Of a stretch of 64,000 nucleotides of DNA, positions 56,172 to 64,000 are shown one piece after another. The notes beneath the pieces were generated by a model that saw nothing but the letters and a program-made list of their open reading frames with translations, was not told the origin of the DNA and did not search any database. Made by a program: the position numbers and the translations under genes. Positions within the stretch are counted from its first letter, which is position 1. The number at the start of each line of letters is the position of its first letter. This DNA is from Minisyncoccota bacterium (lineage in GTDB: Bacteria; Patescibacteriota; Minisyncoccia; Phycocordibacterales; SBAW01): NCBI GenBank assembly GCA_035546575.1, contig DASZWN010000001.1, forward strand, positions 212,875 to 276,874, written 5' to 3'.

Positions 56172-56609
56172 TTATGCGGCCGCGCGCAAACCTTCGAATA
56201 GCTTCTTGTTGAAGCGCTCCATGACACCGTGCAGCACGTGGCTCACCGGCGTGTCGCGGTCGAGGTGTACGGCTTCTTGCGCGAACGGGATCATGCCGAC
56301 CTGGATCGTGACTTCCGTGTGATCCATCTGTGGGTTGAGCGGAAGCAGACGAACATCGCGCACTTCCACTGGCCACGCCTTGTGCCACGAGTCCATGAGC
56401 GCCTGCTCGAGCTGGGCGACAATGCCGACGCATGTGGTCGACGCGACCTTTTCGCGGCCGGAGAGCGAGTAATGGATCTCGTCCTTGTACTCGTCGGCGA
56501 CCCACTTGCGATTGTGGTCGTCCTCGCTTCGCGGCTCACTGCAAAGCGCCGACTTGAATGCCTCGATGATAATTCTTCCATTGATGGGCTTCGAGAGATG
56601 GATTTTCAT
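56172..56609 (-). CDS. Hypothetical protein (145 aa) located between tRNA-Ser 3'-end repeats
   Basis: AGGAAGGA SD 8 nt before ATG at 56609; no recognised motif. Confidence 0.5.
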   Translation of the reverse strand: MKIHLSKPINGRIIIEAFKSALCSEPRSEDDHNRKWVADEYKDEIHYSLSGREKVASTTCVGIVAQLEQALMDSWHKAWPVEVRDVRLLPLNPQMDHTEVTIQVGMIPFAQEAVHLDRDTPVSHVLHGVMERFNKKLFEGLRAAA

Positions 56610-56776
56610 AGCCTGTCCTTCCTTTCATCTGGCCGACTTCCGATGTGGAAAGTACCGCTGTTGCCCAACTAAGTCAACTAAAGTCGGCCGATGTCGATGG
56701 CTCGATTAGCTGCTCCAAAGCCTACCTAGAAACCCTTACGGTGTCTCACCGAGAAAGTTCGAACTGCCAACAGCCC

Positions 56777-56893
56777 GCAAAATAATGAGCATGCGAATAT
56801 ATTTTGCGAGAGGGCGCTACAGTACCAATGTACTGTAGCGGGAGATTCGAACGCCGGAGCGATGTTTCGCGAGCACGCGAAACCGCGAGGCGG
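56777..56893 (+). repeat. 117-bp structured repeat unit, copy 2, preceded by a degenerate tRNA-Ser 3' half (56735..56775)
   Basis: Near-identical to 55871..55987; hairpin stem changes A-T to G-C pair (CGCTACAGTAC...GTACTGTAGCG). Confidence 0.7.
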
Positions 56894-56939
56894 TGGCTAG
56901 CCCGAGGTGAGGGACGACGAACCGAGAGGCGAAGCCGAA

Positions 56940-56952
56940 TCCTACCCTCCGC
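56940..56952 (+). repeat. Direct repeat of tRNA-Ser 3' end (TCCTACCCTCCGC), copy 3
   Basis: 13/14 identity to tRNA 3' end; marks right edge of repeat-flanked segment. Confidence 0.55.
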
Positions 56953-56990
56953 AGATTGCATAAAGTAAGAGGTATAATCACATACTGCAT

Positions 56991-57413
56991 ATGACAACAA
57001 TCAATCCATATATTAACTTCAATGGAAATGCCGAAGAAGCATTTAATTTTTACAAATCAGTATTTGGCGGAGAGTTCGGAAAAATAATCCGCTTTAAAGA
57101 TATTGCGACCGCCGAGTTTCCGGTATCGGATGCTGATGCAGAAAAAATAATGCGCATCGCTCTGCCTATCGGCAACACTATATTGATAGCTAATGATGTC
57201 CCGGAGAGTATGGGTCGAGTGAACGAGAATGAAAACAGGTCAAAGATAGCTGTCATTGCCGACACTAAAGAAGAAGCCGAAAGGATATTCAAAGGCCTTT
57301 CAGAAGGAGGTACAGTAGAAATGCCGATGGATCAAAGCCCTTGGGGCACGTATTTTGCTATGTTCAGAGATAAGTACGGCATCGAGTGGACAGTAGAGTG
57401 CGAACAAAACTAA
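56991..57413 (+). CDS. PhnB-like VOC-fold protein (3-demethylubiquinone-9 3-methyltransferase-domain family)
   Basis: INPYINFNGNAEEAFNFYKSVFGGE ... PWGTYFAMFRDKYGIEWTV family pattern; AT-rich gene immediately right of tRNA-Ser repeat copy 3. Confidence 0.6.
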   Translation: MTTINPYINFNGNAEEAFNFYKSVFGGEFGKIIRFKDIATAEFPVSDADAEKIMRIALPIGNTILIANDVPESMGRVNENENRSKIAVIADTKEEAERIFKGLSEGGTVEMPMDQSPWGTYFAMFRDKYGIEWTVECEQN

Positions 57414-57481
57414 AGACCCACCCTCCTCCCTACAGGTGTATACTTTCGGCAGGTCTTTATTAGTAGATAGTCTTATTTTGC

Positions 57482-57895
57482 ATGGACATTCCAATCAATT
57501 ATCTCGCGGTCGTAGCCTCGGCTCTTATCCCAATGACGTTAGGGTTCTTTTGGTATGGGCCGATGTTTGGCAAACAATGGGCGCATCTCACCGGCATCTC
57601 GATGGACAGTATGCAAAAGGCCCCACCGCTTAACTACGCGATCATGTTTGTGGGCGCATTGTTGATGGCGTTCGGTCTCGACCACTCGCTTATTTTTGCC
57701 AGCACCTATTTGCGCATGGAAGGGGTTTCGGCCGGACTCCAGGCAGGTATTTGGACCACGGTGAGTTTTGTTGCACCTGTTATGCTCGGCGTAGTGTTGT
57801 GGGAGGGCAAGTCGTGGAAGTTGTGGGGGATTAACGTCGGCTACTACCTTGTCTCACTGTCTCTCATGGGTGTTTTGCTCGCACTTTGGCGGTAG
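57482..57895 (+). CDS. DUF1761 family membrane protein
   Basis: Four TM helices with FFWYGPMFGKQW motif. Confidence 0.55.
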   Translation: MDIPINYLAVVASALIPMTLGFFWYGPMFGKQWAHLTGISMDSMQKAPPLNYAIMFVGALLMAFGLDHSLIFASTYLRMEGVSAGLQAGIWTTVSFVAPVMLGVVLWEGKSWKLWGINVGYYLVSLSLMGVLLALWR

Positions 57896-58366
57896 ATGAA
57901 AACACTCGCGACCCTTCTCCTGGTGTGCGCGGCTGCTGGGGGCGGATTGTTTCTCTACTATATTGCCCAGAACATGCACCTGACTGAAACGCTCACAGCC
58001 AAAAATACAAAACAAATTAAAGTTGGTACGACGACCATTGCCGCAGAAGTGGTCGACAACCAGGCTGCGCGCGAAAAGGGGCTGTCAGGCCGTACATCGC
58101 TACCGGAGGGGAGCGGTATGCTGTTTGTGTTTGAGCACAACGGCGATTGGGGCATCTGGATGAAGGACATGCAGTTTCCTATAGATATACTTTTTATTTC
58201 GGAGACAGGGCAGGTTGTCTCGATCAATGCGAATGTGTCGCCGGATACGTATCCCGAGGCATTTTATCCGCCACTGGCTGTGCGCTACGTCCTAGAGCTG
58301 CCCGCCGGATACGCAAAAAAACAGAATATTACTACCCAAAGCAGATTTGACCTCTCATCTATATAG
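57896..58366 (+). CDS. DUF192 domain protein, membrane anchored
   Basis: GLSGRTSLPEGSGMLFVFE...GIWMKDMQFPIDILFI pattern of DUF192. Confidence 0.6.
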   Translation: MKTLATLLLVCAAAGGGLFLYYIAQNMHLTETLTAKNTKQIKVGTTTIAAEVVDNQAAREKGLSGRTSLPEGSGMLFVFEHNGDWGIWMKDMQFPIDILFISETGQVVSINANVSPDTYPEAFYPPLAVRYVLELPAGYAKKQNITTQSRFDLSSI

Positions 58367-58432
58367 ATATAGACGCGTCCGCCTTGGCGTCGAGACAGGC
58401 AAATCCCGCCTTGTAAGGCGGGATTCACATCT

Positions 58433-58749
58433 AGCGCGCGTATCTGTAAGCCGAATTCTGTCCTGCCTGCCGGTAGGCAGGCGTGAGTCGCAATTTATCT
58501 GGGACCACAGTCGCCTGCGGCCTCAAGCGGCACTCATCGGGATTGCTCCCGAAGCACGGCCTTGCACTTGGGTAGGGATTTAGCCGTTTCACTCCCGCTA
58601 AAGGGATTCGTCACTGTTCGCACCCCTTTTGCCCGCCAGGAGCAAATGACAGGGATTACCTGCTACCTTTGCCACGCATTGCTGCGCGGCCAAGTGTTCG
58701 GACTTTCCTCTATAATCTTTCGACTACAGCTGCTACTCAATACGCTTCC
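58433..58749 (-). ncRNA. rnpB: RNase P RNA (bacterial type A)
   Basis: Minus strand carries CR-I GGAAAGUCCGAAC, CR-V GACAGAAUUCGGCUUACAG, P1 pairing GCGUAU/AUACGC, P4 with bulged U, GCAAGGCC...CUUGAGG P15-P18 region; lies in a 490-bp ORF-free gap. Confidence 0.75.
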
Positions 58750-58752
58750 TAT

Positions 58753-58781
58753 ATTATACCACACTTTTTACCTGTGGGTAA
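58753..58781 (-). promoter_or_regulatory. Candidate rnpB promoter with extended -10 (TGTGGTATAAT) and TTACCC -35-like element
   Basis: Minus-strand TTACCC-17-TGG-TATAAT located 7-10 nt upstream of predicted RNase P RNA 5' end. Confidence 0.4.
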
Positions 58782-58866
58782 CTCAGCTCGCAAACCTATA
58801 AAAGGGCTATACTTACAGAGGTTCTTATTAATAAGGAGGCATTGTGCCTCTGTAACATTATTGTGT

Positions 58867-61233
58867 ATGTATTCACGACTCATGGAGTGGTCGCGATACG
58901 TGTACTTGGCCGGCATTGTGCTGGCATTGGTGCTCGTAATCCCGACCGCATGGTTCCCGTTCCAATTAGCAAAGATCGCGGTGTTTGCGTTGGTGCTCAT
59001 TGTGGCAATGATTCTCTTTGCTGCAGGCGGTGGAGCAAAAGAGTTGCTCCGCGCACACGGGTTCAAACTCGCAGCGCTCACAGCACTTTTGCCGCTCTCG
59101 TATCTGGTCTCGTATCTCTTCGCAGCCGACAAGACGCTCTCAATAATCGGCTCAAATGCCGAGACAGACACGGTGGTATTTGCTGTGGTAGCGTGTTTGG
59201 CGTTTCTCGCATCGTTCGTGCTCTTCCGCACATTGCGGACAGTCTCGTTGCTACTTAAGGTTGTGTTTGTAACGCTCGTGGTCGCAGTGGTCTTTCAGTG
59301 GATTCTTGTTATCTTTGGCACCTCGCTTATCCCGTTCCAAATATTCTCCGACCGCTCAATCAACCTGATAGGGAAATGGAATGATCTAGGTATCTTGGTT
59401 AGCTTGCTCGGCATGTTTATACTTGTTCGCGCGGAGCTTACCCGCAGCACTATGCTGTGGCGCGGTATATGGATAGCGGGGCTTGTAGCGCTCGCAGTGC
59501 TGCTGGGCATAATCAACTTTGCCGTAGCCTGGGGCTTTGTGCTCGTGTTCTCTATTGTTCTTGCTGCAATCAAATTCCTAACTCAAAAAGTCGAGGAACC
59601 AGCGGCCCAAGACGTATATGCAGGCCCCGCTTCGCGCTCAATGATAGAGCGTATGCCGTGGTTCGCTATCGCTGGTGCGGTAGTCGCCATATTATTTCTC
59701 TTCTTTGGGTCTTCCCTTAACGCCGCGCTTACAAATATCTTCCCGGTCTCTTCGCTTGAGGTGCGCCCATCGTATGCTTCTACGATGCAGATTATCACTG
59801 CCGCGCGCGGCGGGTCTGGCGAACATCTGCTTGTTGGTACTGGGCCAAATACCTTTGGCGACTCATGGCTCCTTAATAAACCGACAGAAGTCAACCAATC
59901 AGTCTTCTGGAATCTCGACTTTAACGTCGGCTTCTCGACATTCATCACAGCGCTCGGTACCGTTGGCCTCTTGGGTATTATCGCGTGGCTTGTGCCGATT
60001 ATCCTTGTACTTGCGGCGCTTATACGCGCAATACGCCTTGGGGTACTCAGCCGCGATGAACGCATCGCAACAACTACTATCGGCATAGGCAGTCTGCTCT
60101 TGTTCGCAGCGCTCATAGTGTACGTACCGAGCCAAAACAGCGTACTCCTGGCCCTCACGCTTGGTGGCGCGGCGTTTGGATTCCTCTGGCGACAAGGCCG
60201 CTCGAATCAGGGTGGAGAAGAAACCTCGCCATCACGCATGGGATTTATGGGCGCACAGGCGGCAATGCTAGGCATATTGCTCCTTGCACTCTGGAGTGGG
60301 TTCATAACCACGCGCCATCTTATCGCACAAGCTGATGTCGGCCGCGGCGCCGCCGCTCTCCAAAGCGGCAATACAGATGATGCAATAACATTTGCTACCA
60401 AAGCTTCGCATCTCGAGAAAAACAGCGACGCATTGCGTCTTGCCGTTACTGCTGGGACCACCAAATTACAGACTATAGCCTCGACACAGACAGCACCGAG
60501 CGCCGATGTACAGACGCAGTTTACCAATCTGACCCAGCAGGTAGTAGTACAGGGCCAGGATCTCGCCGCACAGTATCCGACAGACTACCGCTCGCATCTC
60601 TTGCTTGGCCAGGTGTACGACCTCCTTGCTTCGCTTAAGATAGCGGGTGCGTACGAAAAAGCTGCAGAATCATATACAAACGCTCAGAAATACAACCCGA
60701 CCAATCCGCAGATTCCGCTGATGCTTGCACGGCTTGAGGCGACACAGGCAAATCATGCCCCACAAGTACAAAAGTATCTGACGCAATCGCTCACGCTTAA
60801 ATCAAACTACACCGACGCGATCCTATTCTTGGTACAGCTCAATGTAGCCAACAACGACCTGCCAAACGCTATCAAGGCAGCTCAGGCAGCGGTACAGTCG
60901 GCTCCTGGAGTAGCCTCAATCTGGTTCGAACTCGGTCTCTTGTACTACTCTGGCGGCGACACTAAAAACGCAATACAACCGCTTGAGCAATCAATCACTC
61001 TTGTGCCAGACTATGCGAATGCCAAGTATTTCCTAGGCCTTTCGTATGCGGCGCAGAGCCGCAGCGCAGACGCTATCAAACAGTTCGAAGATCTCGCAAA
61101 GAGCAATCCTGACAGCGCCGAGGTGCAGACCATACTTGCTAATTTGCGCGCGGGCAAGGCTCCTTTTGACGGAGCAGTTCCGCCGGCTACTACTCCTCCA
61201 CAAGACAGAACTACCGCTCCGATCAACCAATAA
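58867..61233 (+). CDS. O-antigen ligase-like (Wzy_C type) polytopic membrane protein with C-terminal TPR repeat domain
   Basis: About 12 TM helices followed by about 300-aa TPR region; start placed at ATG 58867 because the listed ORF start (58669) overlaps rnpB. Confidence 0.55.
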   Translation: MYSRLMEWSRYVYLAGIVLALVLVIPTAWFPFQLAKIAVFALVLIVAMILFAAGGGAKELLRAHGFKLAALTALLPLSYLVSYLFAADKTLSIIGSNAETDTVVFAVVACLAFLASFVLFRTLRTVSLLLKVVFVTLVVAVVFQWILVIFGTSLIPFQIFSDRSINLIGKWNDLGILVSLLGMFILVRAELTRSTMLWRGIWIAGLVALAVLLGIINFAVAWGFVLVFSIVLAAIKFLTQKVEEPAAQDVYAGPASRSMIERMPWFAIAGAVVAILFLFFGSSLNAALTNIFPVSSLEVRPSYASTMQIITAARGGSGEHLLVGTGPNTFGDSWLLNKPTEVNQSVFWNLDFNVGFSTFITALGTVGLLGIIAWLVPIILVLAALIRAIRLGVLSRDERIATTTIGIGSLLLFAALIVYVPSQNSVLLALTLGGAAFGFLWRQGRSNQGGEETSPSRMGFMGAQAAMLGILLLALWSGFITTRHLIAQADVGRGAAALQSGNTDDAITFATKASHLEKNSDALRLAVTAGTTKLQTIASTQTAPSADVQTQFTNLTQQVVVQGQDLAAQYPTDYRSHLLLGQVYDLLASLKIAGAYEKAAESYTNAQKYNPTNPQIPLMLARLEATQANHAPQVQKYLTQSLTLKSNYTDAILFLVQLNVANNDLPNAIKAAQAAVQSAPGVASIWFELGLLYYSGGDTKNAIQPLEQSITLVPDYANAKYFLGLSYAAQSRSADAIKQFEDLAKSNPDSAEVQTILANLRAGKAPFDGAVPPATTPPQDRTTAPINQ

Positions 61234-61238
61234 CCGGC

Positions 61239-62921
61239 ATGGTGCGCTCCTTCCTACTCTCTGTCGTGAATCGCGAAGTTCGGGGGATGCATCAAGCAGC
61301 GTATGTGCTCGCAGGGTTTGCACTAGGCTCGCAGCTATTGGCGCTGGTAAGGGACAGACTCCTCGCCAGCGCTTTTGGCGCGGGTCATACGCTCGACGTC
61401 TACTACGCGGCATTCCGCATGCCGGATTTTTTGTTTGCGACTGTTGCATCGCTCCTGTCGCTCTACGCGTTGCTCCCGGTCCTCTCCAAGTTGGAAGCAA
61501 AGCACCCCAGCCTGGTCATAGCTCTACTGCGTCAAACACTGCTTATATTTTTTGTCGCGATGGGTGCAGTTGCAGGCATAACGTTTTTGCTAGCGCCGGA
61601 AATTGTCGCGCTTATTGCGCCGGGTATAGCGCATAGCGACTCCGGCAGCCTTATCATGCTTACGCGGATTTTGCTCCTGCAGCCGATACTTTTGGGCATC
61701 TCAAACCTCTTTGCCAATCTAACGCAATTAAGGCACCGATTCCTTTTATATTCGATCAGTCCGCTCCTCTACAATCTTGGTATTATTGTGGGCATTTTGT
61801 TTTTATATCCAAGGATCGGGTTGGTTGGTTTAGGGTGGGGAGTAGTAATAGGAGCAGCGCTCCATGCGCTTGTGCAAGCGCCATTCTTTTTTGGAGAAAA
61901 GCTCGATCAGAAAATATCGCTCAGAGAGACGCTTACCATATTGCGCGAGGTGCTTGCGCTTTCTGTCCCGCGCACGTTCTCGCTTGCCGCAGGACAGCTC
62001 GCGCTTCTGGGGATTATCGCGATAGCCTCGTTCCTCTCGGTCGGTTCCATCTCGATCTTTACATTTGCCAGCAACCTCCAGGCTGTACCACTTACGATTA
62101 TCGGTGTTTCATACTCCGTTGCCGCGTTCCCAACGCTTTCGCGATTTTTTGCAGGCGGACACCGTGCCGAGTTTATCCAGCATATAGAAACAGCGCTGCG
62201 CCACGTTATCTTCTGGTCGCTCCCGGCCACAGTGCTTATTATCGTGTTGCGCGCGCACATGGTGCGCGCGATCCTAGGTGCCGGAGCGTTTGACTGGTCG
62301 GCAACGCGTCTCACTGCGGCTGCACTCGCACTTTTCGTACTCTCACTATTAGCACAAGCACTCTTTTTGCTTATTGCGCGCGCATATTACGCCTCTGGCA
62401 ACACCAGCAAGCCGCTCGTGCTTGGCATTATCAATATTATCGTATCGGTCGCTTCTGCATTATGGCTGCTATCGTTCTTTAAGAGCAACGACCTTTTCCG
62501 GAGTTTTGTTGAGTCGCTTCTGCGCGTGACCGACGTGCCGGGCACGCCGGTCTTGATGTTGGCGCTTGGTGTTACTCTTGGCTCTATTGTGCAATGCCTG
62601 GCAGGGGTTATACTGCTTTCGCGCGACTTCTCTATGCCGCTGCGCGGTCTGGGGAGGCTGTTCTTCCAGAGCTTTTGTGCCTCGGTTATCGGCGGGGCAT
62701 GTGCCTATGGCACGCTACTGTTTTTTGAGCCGCTTCTCGACACCACCACGCTTCTGGGTATCGTCTCTCAGGGTGGGGCAGCAGGAGTAATAGGCTTGGC
62801 CGCAACCGCAGGGATACTCTTCCTCCTCGGTAGCCAAGAGCTCAGTGAGATTATAGGATCTCTTAGTAAGCGCCTAAAGGCAGCCAGCCGGGTTGCCGTC
62901 GAGCCGAGCGACGTCGCGTAA
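61239..62921 (+). CDS. murJ: Lipid II flippase MurJ (MviN)
   Basis: 14 TM MOP-superfamily topology, N-terminal ALVRDRLLASAFGAGHTLDVYYAAFRMPDF motif typical of MurJ. Confidence 0.8.
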   Translation: MVRSFLLSVVNREVRGMHQAAYVLAGFALGSQLLALVRDRLLASAFGAGHTLDVYYAAFRMPDFLFATVASLLSLYALLPVLSKLEAKHPSLVIALLRQTLLIFFVAMGAVAGITFLLAPEIVALIAPGIAHSDSGSLIMLTRILLLQPILLGISNLFANLTQLRHRFLLYSISPLLYNLGIIVGILFLYPRIGLVGLGWGVVIGAALHALVQAPFFFGEKLDQKISLRETLTILREVLALSVPRTFSLAAGQLALLGIIAIASFLSVGSISIFTFASNLQAVPLTIIGVSYSVAAFPTLSRFFAGGHRAEFIQHIETALRHVIFWSLPATVLIIVLRAHMVRAILGAGAFDWSATRLTAAALALFVLSLLAQALFLLIARAYYASGNTSKPLVLGIINIIVSVASALWLLSFFKSNDLFRSFVESLLRVTDVPGTPVLMLALGVTLGSIVQCLAGVILLSRDFSMPLRGLGRLFFQSFCASVIGGACAYGTLLFFEPLLDTTTLLGIVSQGGAAGVIGLAATAGILFLLGSQELSEIIGSLSKRLKAASRVAVEPSDVA

Positions 62922-62927
62922 GTATGC

Positions 62928-64000
62928 ATGAAACACATCAGAAATTTCTCAATCATTGCCCATATAGACCACGGCAAGTCAACGCTTGCTGACCGGTTTC
63001 TTGAGGTTACCCATACTATAGAGGCGCGTCAGATGCGCGACCAGGTGCTCGACTCGATGGAGCTCGAGCGTGAGCGCGGCATCACTATTAAGATGCAGCC
63101 CGTCAAAATGATTTATAATTTTGACAATCAAGGAGAGCATGTGTCTTACGAGCTCAACCTCATAGATACGCCTGGTCACATCGATTTTTCGTACGAGGTC
63201 TCGCGTGCGCTTACTGCAGTAGAAGGCGCGATACTGCTTGTTGACGCAACACAAGGCGTCCAGGCGCAGACGCTCACCACACTACGTAGCGCACGCGAGC
63301 TGGGACTCGTGATCATTCCGGCAATTTCCAAGATCGACTCACCGCTTGCAGATGTTGAGGCCGTTAAGGTGCAAGTAACAAAATTACTCGACATTTCTCC
63401 TGAGGATATTGTGCTGTGCTCCGGCCGCACGGGCGAGGGCGTCGCCGACTTGCTGCGCGCAGTGATTGAGCGCGTGCCACCACCGAAAGGATCTTCCGAT
63501 GGAACCGGAGATCCTCAACAAGCGCTCATCTTCGACTTTCAATATTCCGACCATCAGGGAGTGATTGTGTATCTGCGCATGTTTAGCGGCGCTATTAAAA
63601 AAGGCGACGCACTCGAGTTTGCAGCAAGCGGGAAGCGCTTTCAAGCGCTTGAGGTCGGAACGTTTTCTCCCAAACCAATTCAAGCTGCACAGCTTGGCGC
63701 AGGTTCGATCGGCTACATCGTGACCGGCATCAAAGAGCCGGGTGTCGCGCGCGTCGGCGACACGATCCGCGCACGCGCATCAAACACGCCGCCGCTCGCC
63801 GGATATGCCGAGCCCAAGCCCGTGGTGTGGGCGAGTATCTACCCGGAGTCGCAAGACGATTTTACACAACTCAAACAATCGCTTTCGCGGTTGCGACTCT
63901 CCGACTCCTCTCTTTCGTTTGAGGAAGAAGCAAGCGGAATGCTGGGTAGGGGATTCCGCTGCGGCCTGCTTGGCATGCTCCATCTCGAAATTATCACCGA
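62928..64000 (+). CDS. lepA: Elongation factor 4 (LepA), 5' portion; continues beyond window end
   Basis: MKHIRNFSIIAHIDHGKSTLADRFLE, DTPGHIDFSYEVSR, GTPase then domain II. Confidence 0.9.
   Translation, partial: MKHIRNFSIIAHIDHGKSTLADRFLEVTHTIEARQMRDQVLDSMELERERGITIKMQPVKMIYNFDNQGEHVSYELNLIDTPGHIDFSYEVSRALTAVEGAILLVDATQGVQAQTLTTLRSARELGLVIIPAISKIDSPLADVEAVKVQVTKLLDISPEDIVLCSGRTGEGVADLLRAVIERVPPPKGSSDGTGDPQQALIFDFQYSDHQGVIVYLRMFSGAIKKGDALEFAASGKRFQALEVGTFSPKPIQAAQLGAGSIGYIVTGIKEPGVARVGDTIRARASNTPPLAGYAEPKPVVWASIYPESQDDFTQLKQSLSRLRLSDSSLSFEEEASGMLGRGFRCGLLGMLHLEIIT

Noticed and set aside
58669-58866. N-terminal extension of the 854-aa ORF
   Set aside because: Overlaps the RNase P RNA gene and its promoter on the opposite strand. 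The hydrophobic protein proper begins at MEWSRYVYLAG (ATG 58867 or 58882).
1-64000. CRISPR arrays, rRNA genes, transposases and integrases
   Set aside because: No regularly spaced short direct repeats, no 16S/23S/5S signatures, and no DDE, tyrosine or serine recombinase motifs were seen in any ORF.

Overview
This 64-kb window looks like part of a small bacterial chromosome, about 55% GC by eye, that uses the standard genetic code (UGA is used as a stop and prfB is present). Sortase/LPXTG substrates, lysine- and RGG-rich tails on conserved proteins, an RF2 without its N-terminal part and many DUF-only membrane proteins fit a Patescibacteria/CPR-like or similar reduced genome, but I cannot confirm the taxon. 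Most of the window is housekeeping: ftsEX-pyrG, typA, groES-groEL, lemA-htpX, secG, rnj, metK, lexA-msrB, murJ, lepA, a MacAB-type efflux system and an ECF sigma module. Non-coding features I can support are five tRNAs (Asp-GTC, Thr-GGT, Thr-CGT, Gln-CTG, Ser-GGA), an RNase P RNA (type A) on the minus strand at about 58.4-58.75 kb, a SAM-I riboswitch upstream of metK, one consensus sigma70 promoter and several intrinsic terminators. The most interesting region is a roughly 11-kb compositionally distinct island at about 24.35-35.4 kb with two parts. A GC-rich block of small unknown genes ends near 26.9 kb. It is followed by an AT-rich block (about 40% GC by eye) packed with nuclease and defence-type genes: a YraN/Mrr-like PD-(D/E)xK nuclease, a nuclease-DUF4268 protein with an overlapping unknown partner gene, an OLD-family ABC-ATPase/Toprim protein followed by a 422-aa protein with a restriction-endonuclease-like (D...QCK) motif, and a convergent, stop-overlapping 1063-aa DNA methyltransferase with two methyltransferase modules. 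Two tRNA loci carry unusual structure. The tRNA-Thr(CGT) 3' end sits inside a roughly 90-bp inverted repeat, and its 18-nt 3' end is repeated 250 bp downstream, directly against a prfB gene that lacks the usual +1 frameshift and N-terminal exon. The 3' end of tRNA-Ser(GGA) (13-14 nt) occurs three times as direct repeats that delimit two short inserts sharing a 117-bp hairpin-forming repeat with compensatory substitutions. No CRISPR array, rRNA, transposase or integrase was seen.
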